Shown here piece after piece: positions 52,918-62,601 of a stretch of DNA of 64,000 nucleotides. The stretch lies in the NCBI GenBank assembly GCA_036946295.1, contig JAQIJK010000002.1:122350-186349 (forward strand), given 5' to 3'. The notes beneath the pieces are model-generated. The model searched no databases. It was not told the DNA's origin and saw nothing but the letters and a program-made list of their open reading frames with translations. The stretch comes from Methylobacterium frigidaeris (lineage in GTDB: Bacteria > Pseudomonadota > Alphaproteobacteria > Rhizobiales > Beijerinckiaceae). The first letter of the stretch is position 1. Every line of letters starts with the position of its first letter. Both the position numbers and the translations under genes were made by a program.

Positions 52918-53370
52918 TTGAGACAGTTCATCATCGGCCTCGGTGCACTCGCGTTGACATGCGCCGCGCTCCCCGTTCTGGCCCAGGGCACCACGGCGCC
53001 GAACGCTGCGACCACATCGTCCACCGATACGGGGATGAAGATCGCCGACACCGCGACGGTGAAGCTCAAGTACGTGACCGTGAAGCCCGCCGACGTGATG
53101 TCTTCCAAGCTCGTTGGAACGACGGTCTACAACAACAAGAACGAGACCGTTGGTGAGGTCCAGGACCTTGTGATCGAGAACGGCAAGAGCATCACCGGTG
53201 TCGTCGTCGGCGTCGGTGGATTTCTGGGCCTCGGCGAGAGCTATGTCGTGCTCGATCCCTCCACTCTTGCCATGAGCAACAAGAATGGCAAGTGGACAGT
53301 CCATGTCGACACCGACAAGGACACGCTCAAGGGAGCGCCAAAGTTCGAGTATTCCAAGAAGAACGGCTGA
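52918..53370 (+). CDS. Secreted PRC-barrel domain protein
   Basis: Signal peptide; SSKLVGTTVYNNKNETVGEVQDLVI..VVGVGGFLGLGE. Confidence 0.88.
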   Translation: MRQFIIGLGALALTCAALPVLAQGTTAPNAATTSSTDTGMKIADTATVKLKYVTVKPADVMSSKLVGTTVYNNKNETVGEVQDLVIENGKSITGVVVGVGGFLGLGESYVVLDPSTLAMSNKNGKWTVHVDTDKDTLKGAPKFEYSKKNG

Positions 53371-53395
53371 TGCTGGTTCGGCAGGAGAGAGTAAC

Positions 53396-53659
53396 ATGAA
53401 GCACGTCATCATTGCCTCGGCGGTCGCAGCCGGCCTCGGCCTCATCGCGTCGGCTCTGCCGTCGCAGGCGCTCCCCGTATCGGCCGCTGGTGTGACCGCC
53501 GGTGCGGATACCGGCCTCGTTCAGGTGAGAATGTCCAGGCGTCAGATGCGCAGCCACAGAGTGCGGCAGAGCTCGGCGAGCCGTGGCAATGCCGCCATGC
53601 CCTCGCGCCCGCCCGCGGCGAGGCAGTACGGCCAGACCACGGGTGGTCCTCGTCGGTGA
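53396..53659 (+). CDS. Small secreted basic protein (87 aa)
   Basis: AGGAGA RBS; MKHVIIASAVAAGLGLIASALPSQA signal; Arg-rich tail. Confidence 0.7.
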   Translation: MKHVIIASAVAAGLGLIASALPSQALPVSAAGVTAGADTGLVQVRMSRRQMRSHRVRQSSASRGNAAMPSRPPAARQYGQTTGGPRR

Positions 53660-53754
53660 CTTGCGCACCCGTCATCGTGACTGACAGCAGGTTGCAGCAA
53701 TAGGACGAAGGGCCGCCGGAGGGCAGGAATGCATCCGGCGGTCCTTTTCATGAT

Positions 53755-54675
53755 TTGGATGCCTGCATGATCTTCTCGGAGGCGCTCGATCGCCTTGAGC
53801 AGCTCGGCCGTGCGAGCGCTGCGCTCCTGCCGGGTCTCGCCATCGCTCTCGTCTTGTTCGGCCTCGGCCTGCTCGTTGCCCGCCTCGTACGTTCTGGAGT
53901 TCGACGAGCTGCCGCGATGCGTAGCGCATCGTCCGGTTCCGCCGCCGTTCTCGGGCGCATTGCCGGTGGCGTGACTGTCCTCGTTTCGTTCCTGGTCGCC
54001 GCCTCGGTGGCCTTCCCGTCGGTCTCGGCCGCCGACCTGTTCAACCTGCTCGGCATCGGCGGCGTGGCCATCGGCTTCGCCTTCCGCGACGTCCTGCAGA
54101 ACCTTCTCGCGGGCATCCTCATCCTGCTGACCCGCCCCTTCGTCATCGGCGACCAGATCCGAGCAGGTTCGTACGAAGGCACGGTCGAGGATGTCTGGGT
54201 GCGTGCCACGGTGCTGCGCACCTACGACAACCAGCGTGTCCTGATCCCGAACGCCATCCTGTTTGTCGACAAAATCACCGTCATCACCGCGCACGAGAAG
54301 CGCCGCCTCTCCTTCCCTCTGACTATCGGCAACGGCGACGACATCAGGGAGGCGCGTCGGGTGATCACGGAAGCTCTGCGCGCGACCGAGGGAGTGCTCG
54401 CAGATCCACCGCCGGAGGCCCTGGTCACCGGCCTCGGAGCCGCTGGCGTCGACATGACGGCACGTCTCTGGATCGATCCGCCCCGGCGTCGCGACGCGAT
54501 GGACGCGCTCGATCAGGCCATCGCGAACGTGAAGGAGGCGCTGGCCGCTGCCGGCATCGACCTGCCGTACCCGACAACCCAGGTGCTGTTCCATGATCAG
54601 ACCGAGGACACCGACGGCGACCGCTCTCGCCAGCGCGAAGGCTGGCCCGTGGGGAGGGAAGATCGAGGGCACTGA
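53755..54675 (+). CDS. MscS family mechanosensitive channel
   Basis: LGIGGVAIGFAFRDVLQNLLAGI..RPFVIGDQI, DNQRVLIPN. Confidence 0.9.
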   Translation: MDACMIFSEALDRLEQLGRASAALLPGLAIALVLFGLGLLVARLVRSGVRRAAAMRSASSGSAAVLGRIAGGVTVLVSFLVAASVAFPSVSAADLFNLLGIGGVAIGFAFRDVLQNLLAGILILLTRPFVIGDQIRAGSYEGTVEDVWVRATVLRTYDNQRVLIPNAILFVDKITVITAHEKRRLSFPLTIGNGDDIREARRVITEALRATEGVLADPPPEALVTGLGAAGVDMTARLWIDPPRRRDAMDALDQAIANVKEALAAAGIDLPYPTTQVLFHDQTEDTDGDRSRQREGWPVGREDRGH

Positions 54676-54712
54676 TACGGTTTTCGGACGATCAGTTCCG
54701 AAAACCGTATCA
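54673..54712. repeat. Solo module A hairpin starting at MscS stop codon
   Basis: TGA(stop)TACGGTTTTCGGACGATCAGTTCCGAAAACCGTATCA. Confidence 0.85.
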
Positions 54713-54867
54713 GACCGCTGAAGGTGAGGTGTGGGCTTTGACGCTACGGCTGGAATTGGATGTTCCGGCTTCTCGAGTCCAACGATGGGATTGGTCGAGC
54801 CTCGACTCAAGAATGGCCGTTCGAACCACGAAGCATTTCGAGGATGGGACGGTGAATGCCCCGCTGT

Positions 54868-54892
54868 GGAACCATTTGTATTACTCGGAGTT
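54868..54892 (+). promoter_or_regulatory. Sigma-EcfG promoter
   Basis: Exact GGAAC-N17-GTT, 48 nt before ATG 54941. Confidence 0.7.
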
Positions 54893-54940
54893 AGGTCTTT
54901 GACTTCGGATCGTTCCCGCAAATCGAGGAGTATCGCGATC

Positions 54941-55201
54941 ATGTCACTCAGACTCATCGGAATGGCGGCAGGGTTGGTGATCGTGGCGGCAAGCTTCACC
55001 GCACCGGCTAACGCAGGCGGCAATCATCGCGCCGTGAGCTTGAACGATGCTCCGGCAAACTGGGCCGGCATGACCCGGAACAGCAGAAAAGCGCACCGCC
55101 AGCGCAAGCCGCGTGACGGGGCAGGAAGCGCGTCGTCGTCGGCGCCCAATGGTCGCGGGACCGGCATGGGGCCGACCGGCCAGCCGAGCGGGGTCAAGTA
55201 G
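54941..55201 (+). CDS. Small secreted protein (86 aa)
   Basis: GAGGAG RBS; MSLRLIGMAAGLVIVAASFTAPANA signal; EcfG-type promoter. Confidence 0.65.
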   Translation: MSLRLIGMAAGLVIVAASFTAPANAGGNHRAVSLNDAPANWAGMTRNSRKAHRQRKPRDGAGSASSSAPNGRGTGMGPTGQPSGVK

Positions 55202-55319
55202 GGCACGGCTCGCCGCCCGGCCCGGCCCCCTTCCTCCATCCCTCATCGCCGGTCGCGTGCAATCCTTCGCGCGTGGCCGGCCGCCAGCCTCCTCTCGTTC
55301 AAGGGTCGTCGCGTTGTCG

Positions 55320-55640
55320 ATGCGATATGCACTTGTCTCGAAGACCTGCCTCGGCGCTGCCGGGAGTCTCGGCCTCGTCGTCCTCGCTCTGTCGGGCGCG
55401 TCTCACGCGCAGTCGGTCGGCAGCCGGATCGACCAACCGACCCCCGCGACCCTGCCCTCGGGGACACACCAGGGCAACAATCCGGTCTCGCCGGCCGACC
55501 AGCCAACCGGTCGTGTCGCGCCCCCCAGCGCCATCAGTTCGTCCTCCGACGTGATGAGGTCGGAAGGCTCCGTGCAGGGCGAGGAAAGCAAGGGCAAAAT
55601 CAACCCGATCCAGCATCTCCCCAAGGACATGCGGCGCTGA
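55320..55640 (+). CDS. Small secreted low-complexity protein (106 aa)
   Basis: Signal ending ASHA-Q; P/S/Q-rich mature part. Confidence 0.6.
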   Translation: MRYALVSKTCLGAAGSLGLVVLALSGASHAQSVGSRIDQPTPATLPSGTHQGNNPVSPADQPTGRVAPPSAISSSSDVMRSEGSVQGEESKGKINPIQHLPKDMRR

Positions 55641-55654
55641 GCAGGCGCTGCATC

Positions 55655-55676
55655 TGATCGATCGGAAACCGTATCA
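55655..55676. repeat. Fragment of modular repeat (inverted B end)
   Basis: TGATCGATCGGAAACCGTATCA resembles the end of 23752-23842. Confidence 0.55.
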
Positions 55677-55774
55677 GTGGTCGGGTGGCGCGATCGAGAT
55701 ATGACTGTCGTTGATCTTTCAAGATGAGGTGCGGGCATGGTTTGCAGATCTGAACCGATACCCGTTGCCGTCCC

Positions 55775-57175
55775 ATGATGATCGCAGGCCGAGTGCGCGA
55801 TTGCATAGCGACGCTCGTACGTCGGTCTTTGAGGGAATTCATCGGCCTTCCGCTCATCATCGTGGTTGGGTTCGTCGGCCTTTTCGCGGTGACATACCTT
55901 CTCGACGATGCCCTCTGGAACCGGTCCGGTCCCGCGCCGATTCCCTGGCTGGCCCGTCTGCTCGGCGACGCTTCCGCGATCGCAAGCCTGCTGAGCACGG
56001 TCGCGTCCGGTATGATCACGGTGACCTCGATCACCTTCTCGCTCCTGCTGATAGCTGTACAGCAGACCGCATCGACGCTTTCGACCCACGTCTACGATCA
56101 GTTCATTCAGCGGCGCTCGAACAAGCTCAGTTTCGGCTTCTTCGTCGGCCTCTGCGTGTTCGTGCTGCTGACCCTGGGCAGCGCCGGCGCCGCCCACAGG
56201 CCCGTCTTCGGGGCACTCCTGTCGCTCCTGATGACCGGGGCCGCGCTGTGCATGGTGGTGATCCTGATCTACAGCACCGTCGATCAGATGCGGCCCCACT
56301 CGGTCATCACGGCGATCCATGGCCACACGATCAAGGCCCGCCTGGCGGAACGACACCTGATCGAGGCCACGCGCCGGGCGCCGCGTGACAGCCTGTTGTG
56401 GTCGCAGATCGTCCGTACGGACGGGTACGGCGTGGTCTGCGAGCTGGATGTGACGTCCATCGAGCGATCCGCGTCGGATCACGACGCCGAGATCGAGATC
56501 ATCGCGCGCGTCGGGACCAACGTGGCGTTCCGGGATCCCCTCTATCGCGTGCATGCCCGGCAGCCTTTGCCGGCGGACACCCTGGCCGACCTCGAGGAGG
56601 CGGTCGGGACATCCTTCAAGATCGAGCCCCGGCGGACCATCGACAGGGATGCGGGCTTCGGAATCGAGCAACTCTACTCGATCGCCTGGACCACCGCCTC
56701 GACGTCCAAGCAGAACCCGCAACCAGCGATTCTGGTCTGCCACTGCCTTCGGGATATCATCGCCCGCTGGAGTCGCGCCGACCCGTTCCCGGAACGGCCC
56801 TCGTCACGGGTCGTCTACTCGGACAGGGCTGTGGACGACGCCATCTCGGCGATCGCCTCGATCGGTGTCGCCGCATCGGAGAGTATGCAGAGCACCCTCG
56901 CTGCCGAGATCTGGCGGACCCTCGCAACGCTGATCGACGATGTGTCGGCCGAGCGTCTGCCGGCCCTGACGGACACGGTCCGCCGGCTGATATCCTCGCT
57001 CGGCGATCACGTGTTGACCTGCGATCTGGAGCAGGAACTGAACAGGTGTCGGATCGCCCTGAACAACAGGGGCGAAGGTCCGGTTGCCGACATGGTGCAG
57101 GAGGCGGCTTGCAAGTTGGCGACCAGTATCGGCGAGCTGAATGCCCGCGGGACCCGGGTTTCTGCCGCGAGCTGA
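55775..57175 (+). CDS. DUF2254 family membrane protein
   Basis: LSTVASGMITVTSITFSLLLIAVQQ, GFGIEQL, SKQNPQPA. Confidence 0.8.
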   Translation: MMIAGRVRDCIATLVRRSLREFIGLPLIIVVGFVGLFAVTYLLDDALWNRSGPAPIPWLARLLGDASAIASLLSTVASGMITVTSITFSLLLIAVQQTASTLSTHVYDQFIQRRSNKLSFGFFVGLCVFVLLTLGSAGAAHRPVFGALLSLLMTGAALCMVVILIYSTVDQMRPHSVITAIHGHTIKARLAERHLIEATRRAPRDSLLWSQIVRTDGYGVVCELDVTSIERSASDHDAEIEIIARVGTNVAFRDPLYRVHARQPLPADTLADLEEAVGTSFKIEPRRTIDRDAGFGIEQLYSIAWTTASTSKQNPQPAILVCHCLRDIIARWSRADPFPERPSSRVVYSDRAVDDAISAIASIGVAASESMQSTLAAEIWRTLATLIDDVSAERLPALTDTVRRLISSLGDHVLTCDLEQELNRCRIALNNRGEGPVADMVQEAACKLATSIGELNARGTRVSAAS

Positions 57176-57580
57176 GGTCGATCGCGGAAAGCCTGACGAA
57201 TGCTTGCTGCCTCGCGGCTCGAACGAAGGGTGGCCCCGGCTGAAAGCCACCCTTCACCGGTTCGGCTGGGATCTCCAGCCCCTCGCGCCGCCGGATCCGC
57301 CTCGACCCGATTCCCGTCGGCGCGGAAGCGATCGCACCACCGATCCGAGTCAGATCAGGCTATCCGGACAGCAACGAGGGCCGAGCTTCGCTCGATCCGC
57401 CACGAGTGGCCATGTACTCGTTCAGCTCAACCGACGCGGGCAATTGACAGTCCGTCCAAATGGGCGAAGCATGAACATGCCCGGTTCGTGCGGACGCGGC
57501 TGCTGATGCCGAGTGACTGTGCATGGCCGTGTTCCGACTGAAGCACCATCGGTCGAGGCAGGTGGTGGAGGCGTGGGGAG

Positions 57581-58909
57581 ATGCCTATGGCAGGGATCCG
57601 AGCAACGCCGCTTGGTCGATCGACGCTCGCTTTCGGCGCCGCGTCAGCGCTGTTGATCATGACGGGGCCCGTGCGACCCGACGAGACCTGCCAATCGCCC
57701 TACATGGCGAAGATCACCGGCATCGAGGATTTCGTCTACGTCTGGACGCTCGGGGTCGACGGGCTCGGCGACGGTTCCGACAAGCTCGTCACAATCGACG
57801 CACGCGAGACCTCAGCCACTTTCGGCAAGCCGATCCATGTTGCTTCGGTCGGAGGCCGGCACGAGGCGCACCACGGTGGCTTCACCGACGACCGGCGCCA
57901 GTTCTGGGCCGCCGGCCTGTCGGACAGCAGGATCTTCATCTTCGACGTGGCGACCAGGCCGGCGACGCCCCAGCTCGTCAAGGTGATCGACGACTTCGTC
58001 GAGAGGAGCGGCGGCGCGGCCGGCCCGCATGGTGCCTACGCGCTGCCCGGCCGCATGCTGATCCCAAGCCTGTCGAACCGGCACGGCACCGGTCGAGCTG
58101 CGCTCGTCGAATACTCGAACGAGGGCGACTACGTCACGACGCATTGGTTGCCCACCGATGCCGAGCCGAACGGCGCGAGGATCGAGGGCACGGCGGACGG
58201 CTACGGCTACGATGCCCGCGTGCTGCCGCGCCGCAACGTGATGCTGACCTCGTCCTTCACCGGGCTCGAGAACTACATGCGCCCCCTCGGTGACCTGATG
58301 AAGGACGGCGAGGCGATGAAACGGTTCGGGCACACGATGGTGCTGTGGGACTTCCACGCCCGCCAGCCCCGCACCGTGCTGAGCGTGCCCGGCGTGCCGC
58401 TGGAGATCCGCTGGGCCTGGGGGCCGCAGAACACCTACGCCTTCACCTCGACCGCGCTCACCGCGAAGCTCTGGCTCGTGCGCGAGGACGAACGCGGCGC
58501 CTGGAGCGCCAAGCCTGTGGCCGACATCGGCGACCCGTCCACCCTGCCGGTGCCCGTCGACATCAGCCTCTCGGCCGACGACCGCACGCTGTTCGTCGAC
58601 ACCTTCATGGACGGAACCACCCGCGTCTTCGACGTCTCCGATCCCGACACGCCGCGGCAGATCTACGAGAAGAAAATCGGCTCTCAGCTCAACATGGTCT
58701 CGCAGAGCTGGGACGGCAAACGGATCTACTACACCAGCTCGCTCCTGGCGAACTGGGACAAGACCGGAGCAGAGAACGAGCAGTTCCTCAAAGCCTACGG
58801 CTGGAACGGCAAGGAGCTGGCGCCGCGCTTCGCGATCGACTTCACGGCCGAGCGGCTCGGGCGCCCGCACATGATGGCGTTCGGCGCCACCTCGCTCTAC
58901 GCGAAGTGA
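57581..58909 (+). CDS. SBP56/methanethiol oxidase (MtoX)-like secreted beta-propeller
   Basis: DETCQSP, VWTLG..SDKLVTI, EAHHGGFTDDRR, GPH..LPGRML, GYGYD, PLEIRW, NMVSQSWDGKR, ANWD. Confidence 0.9.
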   Translation: MPMAGIRATPLGRSTLAFGAASALLIMTGPVRPDETCQSPYMAKITGIEDFVYVWTLGVDGLGDGSDKLVTIDARETSATFGKPIHVASVGGRHEAHHGGFTDDRRQFWAAGLSDSRIFIFDVATRPATPQLVKVIDDFVERSGGAAGPHGAYALPGRMLIPSLSNRHGTGRAALVEYSNEGDYVTTHWLPTDAEPNGARIEGTADGYGYDARVLPRRNVMLTSSFTGLENYMRPLGDLMKDGEAMKRFGHTMVLWDFHARQPRTVLSVPGVPLEIRWAWGPQNTYAFTSTALTAKLWLVREDERGAWSAKPVADIGDPSTLPVPVDISLSADDRTLFVDTFMDGTTRVFDVSDPDTPRQIYEKKIGSQLNMVSQSWDGKRIYYTSSLLANWDKTGAENEQFLKAYGWNGKELAPRFAIDFTAERLGRPHMMAFGATSLYAK

Positions 58910-58914
58910 CGCCG

Positions 58915-59586
58915 ATGCGACCCGCGGTACTCCTCGGCCTCGCGGCGCTGGCCTTCGGTGCCGCGGCCCTCGCTCACGACGCCCACCCGCCGCGGCCGGA
59001 AGCGGCGGCCGTCTTCCCCATCCCGCCGCCGGGGAGCTATCGCCTGCCTGCGATCAAGCCTGCGGCGAGGGGCAGCGTCCTCGACGAGGCCGGCCGTCCG
59101 CGGGACCTCCTGGGCGACGCGGGCGGCATCACGGTGCTGGCACTGATCTACACGCGCTGCGGCGACGTCTGCCCGCTTGCCAGCGCCGACATGGCTCGGC
59201 TGCAGGACCTCGCCGCGACGGACCCGGCCGTGGGGCGCCGGATGCGCCTCGTCACGCTGAGCTTCGACCCCGAGCACGACACGCCGGAGGTGATGCGCGA
59301 CTTCGCCGCCGGGTGGCGCTCCGCCGATCCCCTCGCACCTCCCTGGGCCTTCCTCACGGCGCCCGGCAGGGCTGAGATCGCGCCGATCCTGGCGGCCTAC
59401 GGGCAGCGCGTCGATGGCGGCCCAAACGGGGCACTGAATCACGTCTTCCGCGCCTTTCTGATCGATTCCGGGTGCCGCGTGCGCAACATCTACAGCCTCG
59501 ACTTCTTCGAACCCGCGCTCGTCCTCACCGACGTCCGCACGCTGCTTCTCGAGGAATCCGGCTCCGGGGAGGCGCAGGACCGCTGA
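58915..59586 (+). CDS. SCO1/SenC copper chaperone
   Basis: IYTRCGDVCP (CxxxC), SFDPEHDTPE, LNHV. Confidence 0.9.
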   Translation: MRPAVLLGLAALAFGAAALAHDAHPPRPEAAAVFPIPPPGSYRLPAIKPAARGSVLDEAGRPRDLLGDAGGITVLALIYTRCGDVCPLASADMARLQDLAATDPAVGRRMRLVTLSFDPEHDTPEVMRDFAAGWRSADPLAPPWAFLTAPGRAEIAPILAAYGQRVDGGPNGALNHVFRAFLIDSGCRVRNIYSLDFFEPALVLTDVRTLLLEESGSGEAQDR

Positions 59587-59617
59587 GCGCTGCGTTTCGA
59601 GGTGAGGAGCGTAGGTC

Positions 59618-61336
59618 ATGGTGAAGTCCAGGGCTGATCCTCGCCGCTCGCTCTTCGCGAAGTACTTCGTCGTGGTGTTCACCGCGGTGGCGCTGCCCCT
59701 GTTCGCGAATGGGGGGCTGGAGGCGTGGTTGAGCTACCGTGACCGGCGCGACCAGCTGCACGCGCTGCTCGGCCTGGAGGCGCGAGCGGCCGCCCTCCGC
59801 ATCCAGGGCTTCATCGACACCATCCGCGAGCAGCTCGGCTGGATGGTGCAGTTGCCCTGGACACCGGCGGCAGAGGATCGCCAGCGCCTCGACGCCCTGC
59901 GCTTGCTGCGACAGGTGCCCGCCGTCGTGCAGCTCACCCTCATCGACGGGGATGGCCGCGAGCGGCTGCATGTCTCGCGCGTCAGCCTCAACCGGATTGG
60001 GAGCGGCGCCGACCGCTCGGCCGATCCGGCCGTGGCCGGAGCCCGGCCAACGCGGGTATGGTACGGGCCGGTGACCTATCACCGCGGTTCCGAACCCTTC
60101 ATGACGATGGCGGTGGCAGGCAACCGCGCTTCCGTCGGCGTGGCGGTTGCGGAGATCAACCTCAAGCTGATCCGGGACGTGATCTCGGGGATCCGGGTCG
60201 GCAACACCGGACAAGCCTTCGTGCTCGACGGACCGGGTCGGCTGATCGCCCATCCGGACATCAGCCTCGTGCTGCGCGGCGCCGATGATCCCGCGGCGCG
60301 GTCTCTCGCGACCCTGCGCGCGGCCGGGGGCACGGCGACGGGCATGGACGCCCTCGGGCGCAACGTCATCGCTGCGACGGCCGGGATCCCTGGCGTCGAC
60401 TGGACGGTGGTGGCGATGCAGCCTACCGCGGAAGCGTTCGAGTCGATCTCGCGAGCACTCCTCCGCACCGGCGCGCTCATCCTTCTCGGCATCCTCTTCG
60501 CCGCCGCGCTCGCGTACGAGCTGGCACGGCGTATGACCGGCCCGATCCGGCTGCTCGAACACGGCACGCAACGGATTGGCTCCGGAGATTTCGGGCACCG
60601 CATCGAGATTGCCTCGGCGGACGAACTCGGCCGGCTCGCCGCACGGTTCAATGCGATGGCGACTGAACTCGCGCTGTCGCAGGAACGGCAGGAGCGCATC
60701 GGGCGCCTGAGGCGCTTTCTTGCCCCGCAGGTCGCCGAACTCGTCGATCGCTGCGACGATGACGGTGTCCTCGATGGACGACGTGTCGAGGTTGCGGTCG
60801 TCTTCGGCGACTTGCGCGGCTTCACCGCCTTCTCGGCCGGTTCGCCACCCGAGGTGGTGATCGAGGTTCTCGGCGAATACTTCGCGGCTTTGGGCGACGT
60901 GATCACGTCTCACGGCGCCACCCTGGTCACCTTCACCGGCGACGGCCTGATGGCTCTGGTGAACGCTCCCGTTCCCGCACCGGATCCCGGCTTCGCCGCC
61001 GTGCGACTCGCCGTGGCCATGCAGGAGGCGGTCCGGCCGCTCGCCGTGGGGTGGGACGTCAAGAGTTATGGCATCGGGTTCGGCGTCGGCGCCGCGATGG
61101 GACCTGCGACCGTCGGGCGGATCGGCTACGAGGGCCGCTCCGACTACACGGCGATCGGACCGGTGGTGAACCTCGCCGCCCGCCTCTGCGCTGCCGCCGC
61201 GGACGCGCAGATCCTGATCGACACGGCTCTGGCCGAAGCCGTGCGCGGGCGCCGTGCCGTCACGCCCCTCGGCACGCTGTCGCTGAAGGGGTTGTCGGGG
61301 AGTGTGCCGGTCTTCGCTGTCGCGTATGGGTTGTGA
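59618..61336 (+). CDS. Class III nucleotidyl cyclase with Cache and HAMP domains
   Basis: TM-Cache-TM-HAMP (DELGRLA); FGDLRGFT, FTGDGLM, YTAIGPVVNLAARL. Confidence 0.9.
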   Translation: MVKSRADPRRSLFAKYFVVVFTAVALPLFANGGLEAWLSYRDRRDQLHALLGLEARAAALRIQGFIDTIREQLGWMVQLPWTPAAEDRQRLDALRLLRQVPAVVQLTLIDGDGRERLHVSRVSLNRIGSGADRSADPAVAGARPTRVWYGPVTYHRGSEPFMTMAVAGNRASVGVAVAEINLKLIRDVISGIRVGNTGQAFVLDGPGRLIAHPDISLVLRGADDPAARSLATLRAAGGTATGMDALGRNVIAATAGIPGVDWTVVAMQPTAEAFESISRALLRTGALILLGILFAAALAYELARRMTGPIRLLEHGTQRIGSGDFGHRIEIASADELGRLAARFNAMATELALSQERQERIGRLRRFLAPQVAELVDRCDDDGVLDGRRVEVAVVFGDLRGFTAFSAGSPPEVVIEVLGEYFAALGDVITSHGATLVTFTGDGLMALVNAPVPAPDPGFAAVRLAVAMQEAVRPLAVGWDVKSYGIGFGVGAAMGPATVGRIGYEGRSDYTAIGPVVNLAARLCAAAADAQILIDTALAEAVRGRRAVTPLGTLSLKGLSGSVPVFAVAYGL

Positions 61337-61373
61337 TACGGAATCCGGACGATGACTTCCGGATTTCGTATGA
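61334..61373. repeat. Solo module A hairpin starting at cyclase stop codon
   Basis: TGA(stop)TACGGAATCCGGACGATGACTTCCGGATTTCGTATGA. Confidence 0.85.
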
Positions 61374-61385
61374 GATCCGCGCGGC

Positions 61386-62417
61386 TCACTCGATGACCAT
61401 GTCGGCGCCGCTGAGAAGCGAGGCCGGAACAGTCACTTCGAGGGCGGTGGCGGCCTTGAGGTTCACGAACAGCTCGACCTTCGTGACGAGTTGCACCGGG
61501 AGGCCGGAGGGCCGTTCCCCCTTGAGGATCCGTCCGGCATAGAGGCCGGCCAGCCGGTGCGTCTGCGTGAAGTCGCCGCCGTAACTCATCAGGCCGCCCG
61601 CAAGGGGGAAGTCCCGCGTCTGCGTGATCACCGGCAGGGCGTAGCGGAGCGCGAGGGCCGCCAGGAGACGGCTGCGCAGGGCGAAGTAGGGATCGGAGGT
61701 GAAGACGAGCCCCCCGGGCCGCCGGGCCGCCGCACCTTCGAAGATCGGCTCGAAGTCCGCCTCACAGCCGACCGGCGAGGCCCGGAGCTGCACGCCCAGG
61801 GTTTCGGCGGCGTCGTGCAGGGAACGCAGCTGTGAGGACGCAGTCGGGCTGGTCGGATTGAAGGCCACCGCAAAGGTCGCGGCAGCCGGCACGGCCTCGT
61901 GCAGAAACTCCAGCCTCTTGCGCGACACTTCCACGCTCAGGCTGGACACGCCCGTGATGTTGCCGCGCGGACGTGCGAGGTCCTGCACGACCCCGAGCGC
62001 GACGGGATCCCCACCCATCTCGAAGATGATGGGAATCGTCGCACTGGCCGCCTTCGCGGCCAGTGCGACGGGCGCTCCGCCCGGGGCGGCCAGAACCGCA
62101 ACCCGGCGCTCGGCCAGATCCCGCGCGAGATCGGGCAGCCGCTCGTAGCGCCCCTCGGCCCAGCGGAAATCGATCGCGGCGTCGTGCCCCTCGGCAATTC
62201 CCGCCTCGGCCAGCCCCTCGCGGAACGCTGCGAGCCGACTGGCGTATGGCCCGGGAGATTCCAGGCCGAGATAGCCGATGACCGGCAGGGCCGCGCTCGG
62301 CTGCGCGCGTGCTGCACGCGGGACGGCGATCGCTCCCCCGAGCCAGACGAGCACGTCCCGGCGCTTCGCTCGCGGAGCGAGGAGAACTCCCGTGTCGAAC
62401 TGCCGATGCATCATCAT
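61386..62417 (-). CDS. ABC_sub_bind (PF04392-type) substrate-binding protein
   Basis: KRRDVLVWLGG, AAFREGL, RWAEGRYERLP, RPRGNITGV, GGLMSYG, KGERPSGLPVQ. Confidence 0.88.
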   Translation of the reverse strand: MMMHRQFDTGVLLAPRAKRRDVLVWLGGAIAVPRAARAQPSAALPVIGYLGLESPGPYASRLAAFREGLAEAGIAEGHDAAIDFRWAEGRYERLPDLARDLAERRVAVLAAPGGAPVALAAKAASATIPIIFEMGGDPVALGVVQDLARPRGNITGVSSLSVEVSRKRLEFLHEAVPAAATFAVAFNPTSPTASSQLRSLHDAAETLGVQLRASPVGCEADFEPIFEGAAARRPGGLVFTSDPYFALRSRLLAALALRYALPVITQTRDFPLAGGLMSYGGDFTQTHRLAGLYAGRILKGERPSGLPVQLVTKVELFVNLKAATALEVTVPASLLSGADMVIE

Positions 62418-62601
62418 CGCGGACCGTCTGAGGATTTTCGATCGGCCGGCCGGATCACAGCCGCCTCGCTCGACGGCGTGGTCTTGGTCAACGTTGGTGG
62501 TCGCCATGGCTGCCGCCGGCAACACTGGATCGGGACCTGAAATCCGGCAACCTGACGATCTGATGGATGCGCCGGACGTAAACAGAAGCCCTCGGCTCTC
62601 C

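Noticed and set aside
57176-57580. ORFs or RNA between DUF2254 and SBP56 gene
   Set aside because: No RBS-supported or motif-bearing ORF found.
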